This document shows, one piece after another, positions 12,050 to 25,144 of a stretch of 64,000 bases of DNA. The notes under the pieces were generated by a model that worked only from the letters and a program-made list of their open reading frames with translations, had not been told where the DNA came from and did no database searches. The DNA lies in the NCBI RefSeq assembly GCF_006345805.1, contig NW_021833009.1:1-64000 (forward strand), given 5' to 3'. Made by a program: the position numbers and the translations under genes. This DNA is from Octopus sinensis. Lineage: Eukaryota. Within the stretch, counting starts at the first letter, position 1; every line of letters starts with the position of its first letter.

Positions 12050-13570
12050 TCTGAGTCACATGACGTGTGCACCAACTACAACAGATTTACCAATTCAAAC
12101 TATTTATTTTGTGAAAAGATGTAGGTCACATAACATATTCACATAATCTCACCAGACCTTCCTGTATATCTACGCGAAGCAATTGTTCGTCCGACGTTAT
12201 CTATAAAGTGGTAGATTTTCTTTGATCTCACAGGTTTGAATGCCATGGGGATAAAAATGTTCCAAAAAATTTATTATTTATTTTTTTACATTAGCCTTGT
12301 TCCCTGCGTGCCCATGAAATAAAGCCGACGACATATTGTTTGACGTATCAGTGATAGAATCTTACTCATTCAGCTTAAGTCGCACAAAAGTTTTTGCCAA
12401 GCCCCTTGTTATCGACGCGTACACATTAATGATTGTGAACAGGGAGTAGGGATTAGTTTCATATTTGATTTAAGCACAGCAATTAAAGTTCTATACCAAT
12501 TTGAAAGCTTGGAAACCACTGAAAATAACTTTGATAATTCTTCGAAAGACTAATCGATTATTGAATTAAAAAAATGACATTGGCGATAATTATTTGTATT
12601 AGACTTAAAAATTATAGTGTCTAATCCTATTAGATCGTGGAAGATGTAAATCTGGACATTCAAAATTCATATCTGTATTTAGAAATCTCACCAGACCTTC
12701 CTAGATAGAGTTCTAAGATCGGTCCCAGACTTCACTAGGAAGGTCCAAGGAAAAAACTGACACAATTTTCGAACTCAGGGGCTAATTTTTGTTAATTTGG
12801 TTATAAATATTATGTTATAAATTATTATTTGATTATAAATTATTGTTTTAAATTTTTCTAGTGGCTCCACGTGCTAAGGGCTTGAGGATCAATTTCGGAT
12901 CCACTTAAGTCCCCTACTGTAATACATCAAACCGCAAGTATCCTACTAAATTTGACGAAATACATCAAAAAAACAAACCGCAGTGGCGATTAACATACTC
13001 AATCAATTCTGTAAATAAAAGTGTTCATATTCAAGTCTAAAAATGCACTTTTATTTCAACGAAAAAAAACGCGAGTTCTCTGCTTGTGTGCAACCAATCA
13101 GCCTAATTTTTTCAGGAAAGCTGCATCCCATGATGATTGACTATATTAACTAGTTAGGCCTCCTCTGTATTTTTCGTTCACCTCAAACTAAGGAATCGTG
13201 TGATGTGGGTCTTATGACGGGAGACCAGCTGTGAAAATGAGAAAATAAATTAATTAAAAAATGAATCTATATCAATTTTGACGTTTTTTGACCGTTTTCG
13301 GAAGCAAAAATAGTGTCAGATGTTCCTAGATTTGAATATATTTATAGCTACTACAATAAAAGCTAAGGCACTGACGTCTATCCGTAATTAACTTTCAAAG
13401 GCTGAAGTTAGAACTGGGTAAGCATAATAGTCAATATTTTCATCGAGGTAATGCGTAATTTTTGTTTCTTGTATGCATCCAATAGAAACTTTAAATCTTT
13501 CTAGGTCGCCACAAAGAATATTTCTTGACTTAGATATTCAGCATGCATTGAACGAAAGAATCTTTAGGGC
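12050..13570 (-). mobile_element. RTE-like LINE APE endonuclease relic, fragmented
   Basis: LKILSFNAC...DLERFKVSIGCIQETK (about 13450-13560) and FTIINVYAS (about 12420-12445). Confidence 0.6.
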
Positions 13571-13720
13571 AAGCATATTCTCTGTATCTTCTGCCTTTTA
13601 CAAATGTTTCTTAACCGTTGTACGGAAAAGAGACGAGGCATGTGACCACCTCACCAAAACTATTAAATAAAATCTTAGTAGGATTTTAAAATAAATAATT
13701 TAATTATATTTTAAAATATA

Positions 13721-15239
13721 CAGTACCGCTCAAATGTTTCGGACCACCCTATTTTTCTCAATTTCCAAGTCAATCCTAAATTATTTTTATACGGTTCTTT
13801 AGAGAAACTTATTAGATAAGCTTAAATACATTTATTCTATTCTAAAATTTTCTTTAAATATTTTTGTTTGGCGCCAATTGAATATAATTGATTTTTGACT
13901 CGATCATATGTTCCGGACCAGTTGCAATCATATGTTTCGAACCAGTTAAATCTCTTTAAATTTAAATAATTTTTGATTCAATTAAAAACAAAAGACTAAT
14001 AAATAACAAATGCCGCGTGTTTCACTGGTTGATCGGGTCGCTATCATCACTTTTTTTAAGATGGAGCTTCACAAAGAGAAATTGCCGAAAAATTAAAAAT
14101 ATCCAAAACTGCTGTTCAAAGAACAATTTCCAGATATTCATCCGTTGGACTATATTCCGACAGACCCAAATCTGGTCGACCGAGATTGTTATCCCCAAGA
14201 TCTGAACGCAAATTAGTGAGAATTTCGAAAGCAGACCCCACAAAAACGGCAAATCAAATTAAATTTGATATGAAATTAAATTCTATTGTAAGCACAAATA
14301 CAATTAAAAGATGCCTACAAAGAAATAATTTGAATGGGCGAAAGCAATGCCCAAAACCAAGTCTTTCCATATGCCATAAAAAGGCTAGAAAAAATTGGTG
14401 CATTGAGAAATTAACTTGGAGCCAAAATGATTGGGGTAAAATTATTTTTAGTGATGAATGCAAAATAAATTTGCATTCAAACACAAAAAATTATGTTAGA
14501 AGGCCACCAAACTCTAGATTTGACTCAAAATATTGTTTAAAAACACGAAAATTTTCTCCTAGCATTATGGTCTGGGGAGCTATTGCTGCAAATGGATGGA
14601 GAAACATTGTCTTATGCATTAAAAATGTTGATTCCGCAGAGTATCAGAGAATTATAAATGTTGGACTCGAAAATTTTTATGATGAGACCATGTATCTCCA
14701 GCAAGACGGCGCTCCTTCCCATCGGTCCATGTCGACAATGAATTTTTTTCAAAGGAAACAAATAAAAATCTTAGAAACTTGGCCGAGCCAGTCACCCGAA
14801 CTGAATATTATTGAAAATATGTGGTCGGTACTAAAACAAAAACTTTATGATCTGGAACCAAAAGATCTTCCAGAGCTCTGGAATTTGACCAAAAAAATTT
14901 GGTACGAGATTGATAATTCGTACATTGAAAAATTATACAATTCACTTCCAGAGCGAATAAATGCTGTTATAACGAACAACGGAGGAAATATTAATTATTA
15001 ACTTTTATAAGTTTAATAAATTTTCGGTTTTTTTTAAACTGGTCCGGAACATATGATCGAGTATAAAATCGATAATTTTAAAATTGCGCCAAACATGAAT
15101 ATCTGTCCAAGTTTTTAAAATAGAATAAATGTGTTTAAGCTTATCTAATAAGTTTCTCTAAAGAACCGTATAAAAATAATTTAGGATTGACTTGGAAATT
15201 GAGAAAAATAGGGTGGTCCGAAACATTTGAGCGGTACTG
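13721..15239 (+). mobile_element. Full-length Tc1-family transposon with IR/DR-type ~204-bp TIRs, DD35E
   Basis: TA|CAGTACCGCTCAAATG ... CATTTGAGCGGTACTG|TA. TIRs 13721-13924 and 15036-15239, with the outer ~105 bp identical and repeated TGTTYCGGACCA motifs. Confidence 0.97.
14010..15001 (+). CDS. Tc1 transposase with one frameshift in a T-run near 14051-14057
   Basis: MPRVSLVDRVAIITFF/DGASQREIAEKLKISKTAVQR...SGRPR...IFSDECK...QQDGAPSH...WPSQSPELNIIENMW; 35 residues between the second D and the E. Confidence 0.93.
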
Positions 15240-15483
15240 TAATATACATTTTTAATTTGTTAACCTTCACAGAAATAGCATTAAAAAGGAAGTTCAATAT
15301 AATTTATTGATGTACGTTTCTGTCTCTTGGAAATTCGTGGAGGTATATCCAAAGAAATCTGCACTAGGTATCTCTTTTTTGTTGAAATATATTTTAGCGT
15401 ACTGTCTTATTGTCGATCATGATTTAAATATTCTTTTCGAAAGCTTTTCGAAATTATCCATTTTTTCTTTCTTTTCCTTGACC

Positions 15484-16689
15484 ATGCATCTGGATTATCA
15501 CAGCAAATTTTGCGTTGTTGAGCCAAGGAACATTCTCCTCCCAATGATAGACAACAGGAAGTGTTCCAAAATCTCTGTTAATGATATCAGGTGTCGGACC
15601 ACTACACACGCAGGTTTCACAAGAGCTCCAGAGGAGTACTTGTACTTAGAAGGCCATGTGAGTGACATGTACACACATGATCATCTTGTCATGAAGTATC
15701 AAACTTCTACATCTTACAACATGAGGATCTGGTTTTGGCAGACATACACTTGCGCGCACATTCGGCTTCAGTTAGCCCCTACCAAGGAAGAGGCACTACA
15801 CGCTGTTGACCAGTACAGAGCCGGAAATGTAGAGAAATACAAGAGTGAGCCTGACTACCCAGACGATGTGTCAAGGTTCTTTGTTGACGTGACAAACTAC
15901 ATGGAGTCTTTGTCTGTCTCTGTAACCCATTACATCATTGACCCTATGACATACCTACCAACAGGTACTGTCTTCAATGATGATGTTTGCAACACAACAG
16001 CATGTTATCTCAGCGACAAGAAATCCATATATGTCGAATTGTACAGAGATCAGTGCATTCAGCCAAGCAGAATCTCACTGTCTCATTTTGAAGAGGATAC
16101 CTACACTACCATATGGGACTAGTCATTTCATATTGACAAGACATGTTGCTTCCAGTACTGCGGGAATTACTACTGGTCCTCATACGAAGGGTTGATGATA
16201 AACGCGGTCGGGGATTGTCCCAAAATGTGTGTAGGCAGACCACATGTGATGAAACCAGGATGGAAATTGCAAGGTGAAGAACTCTCCATTGACATGCAAT
16301 TTAGAGTGCACGACTGTGAGATTCTTCTTTTAAGAACGAGGACTCATATGAGAGTGAACACAGCTGACCTTCATTACTTGACGCCAATCAATAAATCGTA
16401 CAGCCATGCATCAGGTTTTTACACTAAGATGGCCATGTAGGAGTGGATCAATCCAAGTGGTATGTTACATCCGTGCTGTCTTGGACCCTGGTGCATTAAT
16501 CAGCGTGACTGGACATCTGGCCTTGTGAAACCATACTGTATAGCAGACACCTTTTTCGTCAACGGGATATACATTGACCATGACCTGGAAATAGGGGTTC
16601 CTTATCGGGAGTATCACGCTGAATTCAACATCTCATCATTTGTGACAGACATTGTCCCTACATCTAACCTCGTGTGCTCTGCAGGCTAA
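15484..16689 (+). other. Endogenous viral element: rhabdovirus-like glycoprotein (G) ectodomain with in-frame stops
   Basis: ORFs 15307-16122, 16192-16440 and 16462-16689 share one frame. Motifs APTKEEALHAVDQYRAG, EPDYP, SVTHYIIDPMT, FNDDVCNTTAC, KTCCFQYCG and HDCE...VNTADLHYLTP are collinear with VSV G (TPSVEQCKESIEQTKQG, NPGFP, HHVLVDEYT, FINGKCSNYIC, KACKMQYCK, LCQE...ISPVDLSYLAP). No transmembrane anchor seen. Confidence 0.85.
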
Positions 16690-17749
16690 ATCAGTTCGAC
16701 TCCCTCGAGCAACCATCTTGTTGTATAGGCGTCAAAAATATTTCTGTACCAGTCTCTTGTTCTTTACAATAAAAAATTCTGTTCTGTATATTTGTCATTT
16801 TATAATATTTATCTTTACAAAATAGACTTTGAAATAAAGTTCAAATATTTTTTTTGAATTTTTTCGAAAGTATAACCACATAGGCTCGGTACACCTAGGC
16901 CTGTGACATAATAATTTATAAAAATAATATAACAATAATTAAATTCGTGTTCAGTTTAAAAAAAGTCTAAAAAAATATAACAATAATGATTAAAATTTGG
17001 TAGAAATTGATCATTTTAGATTTTAGGGCGCTAAAATACAAGATCGCCAAATCCGGGAACAAATAAATAAAAGTTTGCCATAAGAATATAAAAAATAAAA
17101 CTTTCTATCAAAAAATAAGGTAAAATTCAATGAATAAAGATAAATGAAAAGATTTCAAATAAGCGATATAAACAGATTGAAAGAATAAACTCGCAAATAT
17201 TACAAAATGATGAAATTTCAGATAATTTATTAATTAAAAGAAACTACATCGCAAAATATTCCTTCTAATCCAATTAAATAAAAAAATAAAGATTGACCAA
17301 ATAATGCAACAGGACAACAAGGTATGTCAAAAGAGTGCTCACACGTGCCACAATTTATTATGTTTTCTATTAATAATTGGGTAACTAAAAATTAAGATAA
17401 TTTTAATTAAAACACAATTCTACCTAGTAGCTTATAAACAGTGTAAATACCAGAGGGGATATCTCAATGATGGCAACTTGCGAGCAGATTTTGCAGATTC
17501 GAGCAGTTTGTTTCCTTGGAACTTTTGCTCCAGTAGATTTTCGAGCAGCTTGTTTAGTTATAGCCATATTTTTTTATTTCAGTTAGAACCGATTCAGGCG
17601 AGTTATTTTTGTTTTATATAGTTAAACAACATTATTCCGAATTTTTTCGAGTAATGCAAAAAAGTATCATTCCGAAAATTTTTTGGTTAAATCACTCACC
17701 ATTTTTAAAAATAAAAAATTAAATATTTTTAAAATAATATTTTATCAGC

Positions 17750-18400
17750 ACCATCAAATAATTGTAACTATTGCTTAAATTGATGAATTTTGCGAGATTA
17801 CAGACTAAATTACTAGTGTACTAATTAAAGAAAAAACAGATAACGATCCGAGTTTTTTCTTTCAATATGGTAATTTCGTAAGCAATCATCAATTGTTTGA
17901 CAAATTGAACTTGCATCACACGTCTCAACATAAATACAGTCAATCAAATATATATTGGTTGGGTTGTCAATCTTTTCAGCAATAATGTTCACATATTTTT
18001 TTTAAAGAATGTTGGGTTTCGTCTATTACTAAAAATATTTGACTCCCTTTGAAATATTCTTTAAGTTTTTCAACCTGTTTCACAAAAATAGTGGAAACAA
18101 GATTTCTGGAATGTGTCTCACTAGGCAGTTAAATCCCAAAGTTTCAAAAAAAGTTTGAAAATGGACATCCCTTAATTTGAACAGCGGAATATTTGTTTGG
18201 TCATCATTTCGACTAAACTAATCGCAAAAGACTCTTCGAAAATCACATCTTTCGCAATTAACTTCATTTGGACATTAGATTTTCCTGATTCTAATCTCTT
18301 TTTGTGTTTCAATGTTTGGCGATGTTGTTCAACGTTGAAACTTTTTCCATATTTAACAGGAACACAACATTTTGAATAATAAAGTCTCCCGTGATCATCC
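17750..18400 (-). mobile_element. CGGBP1-related hAT-like transposase relic
   Basis: LPSETHSRNLVSTIF...SQIFLVIDETQH...IYLIDCIYVETCDA resembles 'IP..STLR...IW.S.DETTD...YLL...LE..N'. Confidence 0.5.
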
Positions 18401-18499
18401 TCTTCGAATTCGTTAGGAAATTTGTTAATTATATTTTTTCTTTTTTATTTGATTTTTTGAATTTATATATTTAAGCGTGCTTAATTATTAATTTATAAA

Positions 18500-19096
18500 T
18501 TTAACAAAGCGTAATTACCAATGATCGTGCTGAATTACGAGTTGACACTACTATCCCTACCGAATCAAAAATTTAATATAACAAGCCGGACATTTTCCTA
18601 TACGACAAAAAATTAAACCACATATGGCTAATAGAGATTGGAGTGACGTGTGTGGATAATTTAAAAGCAGTTGAAGTTGAAAAACTTCATAAATATGATA
18701 TCCTGGCAAGTGAATTAGAAATCATTTACAAAGCCAAAGTCAAAATACTTCCGATTGTCATTACCTGGGATGCGATCACCTCCAAGTATTTTAAAATATA
18801 CATGGATTGGCATTAAAGACAGTGTTCTGGCATACATCCAAACGACTGCATTAAAGAAGACGTTGGAAGGAATGTTCGTAGAATATAAACATGGTTTCGA
18901 AGACGTAATGACTAAAGCATTGATTCTCAACAAAGATTATGCAGTGTGGAACACTCACCAAAGGGGAGCTAACTCGATGAAGAGGAGACATGATGAGGTG
19001 ACAGAAAACGAATACTCTGAGGAAGGACAAATTAATAGCAAGAGGATCACGAAAGATGATGGTGCTGTTCAGGGAGGCACAAGACCAGTAAATTGA
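18500..19096 (+). mobile_element. R4/Dong-type restriction-like endonuclease (REL) 3' end
   Basis: NKPDIFLYDKK...LIEIGVTCVDNLKAVEVEKLHKYDILASEL...VKILPIVITWD; frameshifted. Confidence 0.85.
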
Positions 19097-20395
19097 AAAA
19101 TTTAATTAATCTAATTTTTAATTTACTAAATTAACATATTTAAAATTATTATTCATTCTGAAAAGTGCGAGAAAGATGTTTTACGTTTTCATTTTATTTC
19201 TATATGATTCATATCATTTTTAAGATCTTGTATAACAATTCCTTCCGTGGCCACTATATTCGACTTAATTTTAAAGAAATAACTGAATTATTAATTATAC
19301 GGACGATAATGATGACATTATGTGCCAGCGATTAACTAATAAATTTTCAGGCATATTCCGACGGCGTAATTCCGCCTCTTACCTGTGACAGACATAAAAA
19401 ATATAAATAATCCTTTAGTGAAGAAGAACGCTATTTTATATAATTAAAAAAATTAATTTTCTTTTAAAACTAGGCATAAACCGATGATCCCAAAGCTTGG
19501 AAAGAAGTTGATTAAATGGACGGAGGTAATAGAATCTAAAAATACTTTTTCAAAAATCATTTATAAATGGTTTTGTGACTGATTCTTTAATATCAACTAA
19601 GGTAGCATTTTTAGTGGATGAGTTACAACTGAGTAATTTAAAAATTCTAATGAATTTTTAGATAAATTTAAAAAGAGACGTGGATTCGGATTGCGTAAAT
19701 TACACAGGAATATGCAAACAAATAAATATGTCGACGTTGAATCTTATTTTGCAAAATATAACGAATTTTCAAATGCATAAAAACCTGACAAAATCTATAA
19801 TCTGGATAAACTCGTTGTTTTTAAAATCATTGATTTTATTTGTTCAAATTGCTCATTTTTTACATTTGTAACAAAATTCTGAAAAACCAAAACTGGACGA
19901 CGGCAAAGTCGTGCAATTTTGATTCATTAAAAAATCAGCTCTTCTAAGTTGTTTTGGACGGAAAATGATAAATACAAGGATAAATCATCGTTTTTAAATC
20001 TTCTGAATTAGAGAAAATCAAACTACACAAATTTCACACAGCAAGTGTTTTCCAAATTTTCAAATGGATCTTCCCTGGAGCTTGGAAAATATTTTAAGTG
20101 GGCTTGTCTATTGACGTCGATTATTTGAAACCTCACTATACAAATAGTAATCACATTTTCAAATTTCAATTGGAAATGATTTGTTTAAACGTCTGTAACT
20201 AAAATAAAGAAGCCTCTCCTCTTAACAAGTGATGTTTCCTTGATTTGATACAGCTAGAGAAATCACGATTACTACTAAAAAGAGTTGCTATCCAACAGAG
20301 AAAAAAGACAGAAAATATTGACTAGACATTACCCTTATAATACTTTGGTGAATTAATAAGAAACAGAGAATTAAGAAAGCATAAAAATAAATAAA

Positions 20396-21574
20396 TCAAA
20401 CGCCAGACACAACAGATTGAATACGTCCACCCTCATCATCAGTCCCCACATCATCCACCACAGACTTCCCCAACACATCTAACAATACATCCAACAATCC
20501 TACCATTAATAACCCTCTCCTTATATCTCCTACTCAAACTATCCGCCTCCTTCCAATGCGGAGGAGTGGGCGGACTCCTTCCTCTCCCAGGCGATCGGTA
20601 CCTCTAAAATAACCCCTCCAAACAACCTCAGCCCCCCTCCCTTTAATAACACGACCAGAACGATCAACTCTATTCTCCCCGTAGTTATACTTTTTGACCA
20701 CAACAGGCCCATTCCGATTCCGTTTTAAGAAATTGACGGGGGTTTGGGGGATTTCGTCAGGATCGATGACAATTGAGCCATATTCCTCAGCATTGACATT
20801 TCCTCCCATTCCCTTCTCGGCTGCCCTGGCCATTTTCTCCTTAAACAATCTCCTTTCTTCTTTCCTCTTCAATTTAGCCTCTCTTCTTGCATTTCTTTCT
20901 TCTTTCCGCTTTATTTTGGCTTCTTTCTCAGCCTTCCGTGCTTTCTTTCTCACATTGGTCTGCCACACCATTTCTCCACACCCCTCAATCGTGACACTCG
21001 TCAACGGACGGTTGTGTTTGTCCGTCTCCAACGACTCAATTCGCCTAATCACGGAATCTCCTGAAATCACTTGTCCAAAAACCACGTGCTTTCTTACAAA
21101 TACACAAAAATATTTCAAAACCCGTCCAAATGAGGGCAGGGGACTGTCGTTATGAAAAATTGTGAGGCGTTTGTGTTGGGGCCCTTGTTGGCCATGGAAA
21201 GCAGGAAAGGACGGTCGTGTTTTACTAAAAAATTCTCGTCTAATAATTTCAGGTTTTTTTAGACTGACCGTCGAATTTCTTTCCGTAAATACTTTCTCCG
21301 TTGGTTCCGTTTCCCGTGATTATGTCGCCGCCTTGGATCATGAAGTTTGGGATCACTCTGTGGAATTGATTCCCTTCGTAGTGGAGGTTAACTCCTGTGG
21401 ATTTGCTGTCTCCCAATTCGCCTGTGCAGAGAGCTCGGAAATTTTCGGCGGTTTTGGGGACAATTGATTTAAAAAGTTCAAATATTACTCTTCCGGCTAA
21501 TATTTTTATTATTTATATTGAATTTAACCTTCTTGGTCACCAATATTTATATCAAAATAGCATCTCGGCTCCAT
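20396..21574 (-). CDS. PPIG: SR-type cyclophilin (PPIG-like), multi-exon
   Basis: [15 protein letters not shown]|[25 protein letters not shown]...[14 protein letters not shown]...[11 protein letters not shown], a K/E-rich linker, then [11 protein letters not shown]...RYRSP...TPPHWK as in PPIG. Confidence 0.9.
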
Positions 21575-21910
21575 GCTCCACAACGACCGGAATGAAATAA
21601 TATTATTAATTAAAATATTAATTATAAATATGTTATTTTTAATAAAAGAATTTGAAAATCTCCAAAGATATTAAATAATATACAAAAACTGTTGTACTTT
21701 AAAACTGTTAGATTTAAGCCAGAAAAAATTAATTTATAATTCAATAAAAAATGATTATATATTTCTAAAATAAAAATTAATTTAAATTTATTTAATTAAT
21801 GTTAACAAATAAATTATTAATAAAATAATAAAGACAAAAAATTCTTTGTTGGACAACATTTCAAGCCACCCAGGACGACCCAATTTATTATTAATTAAAC
21901 AAAAATCAAC

Positions 21911-22377
21911 TCACAACCGACCCATTTTGGCAAACGCAAAAATCTTAAGAGATACATAGGACAGGAAGGCAGCAAGTAATCCGAAAGTAGCAAGAATTGC
22001 CTTTCTCTGCGAACTATACATGCCACTATAAGCAGTATTCAATGAAAGGAATCCAACTGCCCCGAATACGACCATGAATGAGGAGGCTAACCCTTCAATT
22101 ACATATTGATGTTGTATTCCATTGGCTGTGCTGAATGTCTCCATCACTCTCCGTCCATTCTTGTCCTGTCTGACTCCCATAGCTGGGGGATCATTGGCTA
22201 TGATGAAGAATAGGCCTGTTTAGTTAGATTGGGGGACTCACCTCCGATTATGAGGGCATATATGGCCACCACTAGACCAAACACGTGGTAGTATTTCAAA
22301 TTTTCCAGAGGTCTTGGTTGGTGGAGTCGTAAGGGGGGTATGTTGAGTAAGGAGGGTAGAATGGAGTATGGCCACAT
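21911..22377 (-). CDS. OSTC: Oligosaccharyltransferase subunit OSTC/DC2
   Basis: IPPLRLHQP...VVAIYALIIGG|...NDPPAMG...QYVIEGLASSFM matches OSTC. 3' end ambiguous (see findings). Confidence 0.85.
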
Positions 22378-22639
22378 CACCACAAAGAACGATTGTTTAT
22401 TTTATTCGTCACTTAAATTTATTTGTTATTATTTAAATTAATTTTAAACTAAACCAAATTAAACTAAATTTACATTATTTTATTAATAATTTTCTTATTG
22501 TTCAATTATTTTGTTAATGCTTTATGCTGCGACATATACTGGCATGAGAGCAAACTAAACTTTTGTGCGATTAGCTTATTTGTTTCTGGTCTAGTTGGAA
22601 GGTGATTTTTACTGTCAAGAATGAAATTATCCAAAAAGT

Positions 22640-22920
22640 CATTCGAAATTGTGAAGTTCAGAAATTTTCGCGTCCTTTAAAATTTCGAGATTTTTTTAAC
22701 TGTAGATTGGAGATATAAATCTTCATGTGTTTGCTTCTTGTCCAAATGAACGTTTTCAAATAGACATGATAGATCTGAAAAGATTTTCAAAACGGTCATT
22801 TGACAATTATAGTAGGTTGGTTTTTTTAATTTTTTATAGATTTGCATTTGCACGGCCACTCTATAATAAGTCTGGTAAAGAAGTGTGTCGAAACTTAAGA
22901 TATTTGATTCGCCTAACTTA
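22640..22920 (+). mobile_element. Ginger/KRBA2-like integrase relic
   Basis: CPNERFQIDMIDL...YRFAFARPLYNKSGKEV is the rve core N-terminus. Confidence 0.7.
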
Positions 22921-25144
22921 ATTATGCAAATTTCTTCAGTCAGACAAAAGGTCCGAATGTAAAAATAAAGAAATAACACATAGATTAAAAAAATAGTTAG
23001 CCAAATTTTATTCTTTGTGGTTTTAATAAAATGAAATATATTGAAATTATTCCTAGTTCAAAGTTAATGTAACAGGCTGCCCATATGTATCGCATGGCCC
23101 ATGATAAAATACACTTGCACTGCAGTGGTATGCATATTGTAGAAGTTCCAACCATCGGACAGTGACAGGATTCATTCTTATACTTGAATACTGCTGGGAG
23201 AGGAGACACGAGTCGTCCTCACAATTTTAATACAATACTTGCGTGACTTCCCGACTAATTGCTGTGTCGTTATTTCAACAATAATTGAATAGGTATACTG
23301 AATGGAATAATGACCTAAGATAGCGTCAACAAATAGTCTTGCAATGAACGAGTTAAACAGAAAATTGGCTGATAATGTGACAATTTTGACTATAAAAAGC
23401 TTATTTGGTGTCATAGCACGTCGATCACCATTTCCAGTACGTTGCACACATGTCAACCATTAGTCTCTATGTGACTTTCCAAAATAGCATGAATATTTAA
23501 TTGATGTACCAGACCAGAAGAGATAGGAACTCTCGCCAGAGTCTAGCTATGACTTTTACCTCAATTTAGTTTTGGGATCTTTTCGCTGTGTTCTTCTAGA
23601 CTCTAAAGCATAATCTTCATTTTGTTTAGTGGAGTATTCACAAATAATGTTTCATTTAATTTTATTGATGACTGATAACAATTTTTATTGATGCATTCAA
23701 TTCTTGAGATAATTTTTATACAATTAAATGATGCCGATGTAAAATACAATGAATTGAAGTGGATATTGGTGATTTTTGTTACAAAAAAACTAAAAAAACC
23801 ACTATATTTTCCAACCTAAATAAGATTTAAACATTTTGAATATTGACAATCCTGTAGTATCCCTGACTAAAGATTTTGTAAAAAATAACTCTTCTTGAAA
23901 AATAGAATCATCATCGAAATATCTATAAAAAATTAATACCTTACATACACCCTTCGTCACTGAAAACCGGACAAGCTATTTTTGATGATTTTATTAATTA
24001 AATATGAAAAATCAAAAACTTAAGCTTAATATTTTAATATGTACAGTAAACAAAAATAAAAACTGAACAAGCATTTTCTCACGAATTTATTATGAAACAA
24101 TATCTAAAAAATAACTTCTATCACGGGTATAACTATAATTAACTGGCTTTGCCCGTGTTTGGTCTTTAATAAATAATAAATAAAAAATAAAAACTGACGC
24201 CAACTGATTCGTCAAGTTGGATTGAAAACTTTAAGAAATAAATCAAGGATTGTTCAATTTCATCAATTCTTCTTATAGTGTCGTTGCTTAATGAAATAGT
24301 CTTCAAAAATCTTTTTGTAAGATGTCGTTTATAAATAAAATATAGAACGAGGATGCCTGCTTTCAGCGTAGTGTCCCAACTAATGTTCAGTCACAAATTC
24401 CGTTTCCTACAAAATTCGGTTTTTAATGAAGGATGCGGAGAAGGAGACCGATTATGAGAGATGCAGTAGATGTAGGATGGAGTTTGATCATCTACGTGCG
24501 GAAATGACTTGATCAAGATCCAATTCAAGTCACGTACGTCCGACGGAAGTTGGACCGGAGCGTTTGTTATCGTGCGACCAATTTTCGGTTAATCCGTGTG
24601 CCTTTTTTCCCAATTCAATTATGATGTTTTCGCTTTTAAATGTTCAATCAAACGAAACAATTTTATTGACTTCATTCGAAAATATTTTACCACATTGAAG
24701 ACAAAGTGATTTTTTTTCTTTATTTTTTAAAAACTATTGACCTCTAACTTGAGAATTTAATTTTTTCAAATATTAACAACCAACCATCGCCAACCTGGCA
24801 GAATAAATCGCCCCCTAGCAACACACAGTCTCTGATGGAATGACTGGTCTTTGTTTTTACTTACATTTCCCACAAAGAGCTCAAAGATTTTTAAAATAGG
24901 CTTTTCTTTAATCTACCAGTTGGCCGAAACTGGAAATTTTGTTTCTGTCTTTGTTCTTAAATCTCCGTTGGCTCCAATCTAGCTTAATGAGTTGGCAAAA
25001 TCCAAGTTGACGGTCATTTTGAAGATGAAATATATCCTTTCATTTAGCACTCTTCTCCGGTCTTCGGAATGCTTTGATATTTTGACTATGCACAATTCAT
25101 TTTTTCAAAATTTATTTGACTCAATCAGCAAGGTCCTTGATGTA

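Noticed and set aside
14051-14057. Programmed frameshifting or true pseudogenisation in the Tc1 transposase (also eIF4E near 29052, AP1M near 43020)
   Set aside because: All are single-base indels in or beside homopolymers, including in otherwise conserved essential genes, so long-read assembly error is the simplest explanation.
20694-21467. Plus-strand ORFs of 153 and 101 aa
   Set aside because: Antisense to the PPIG coding sequence.
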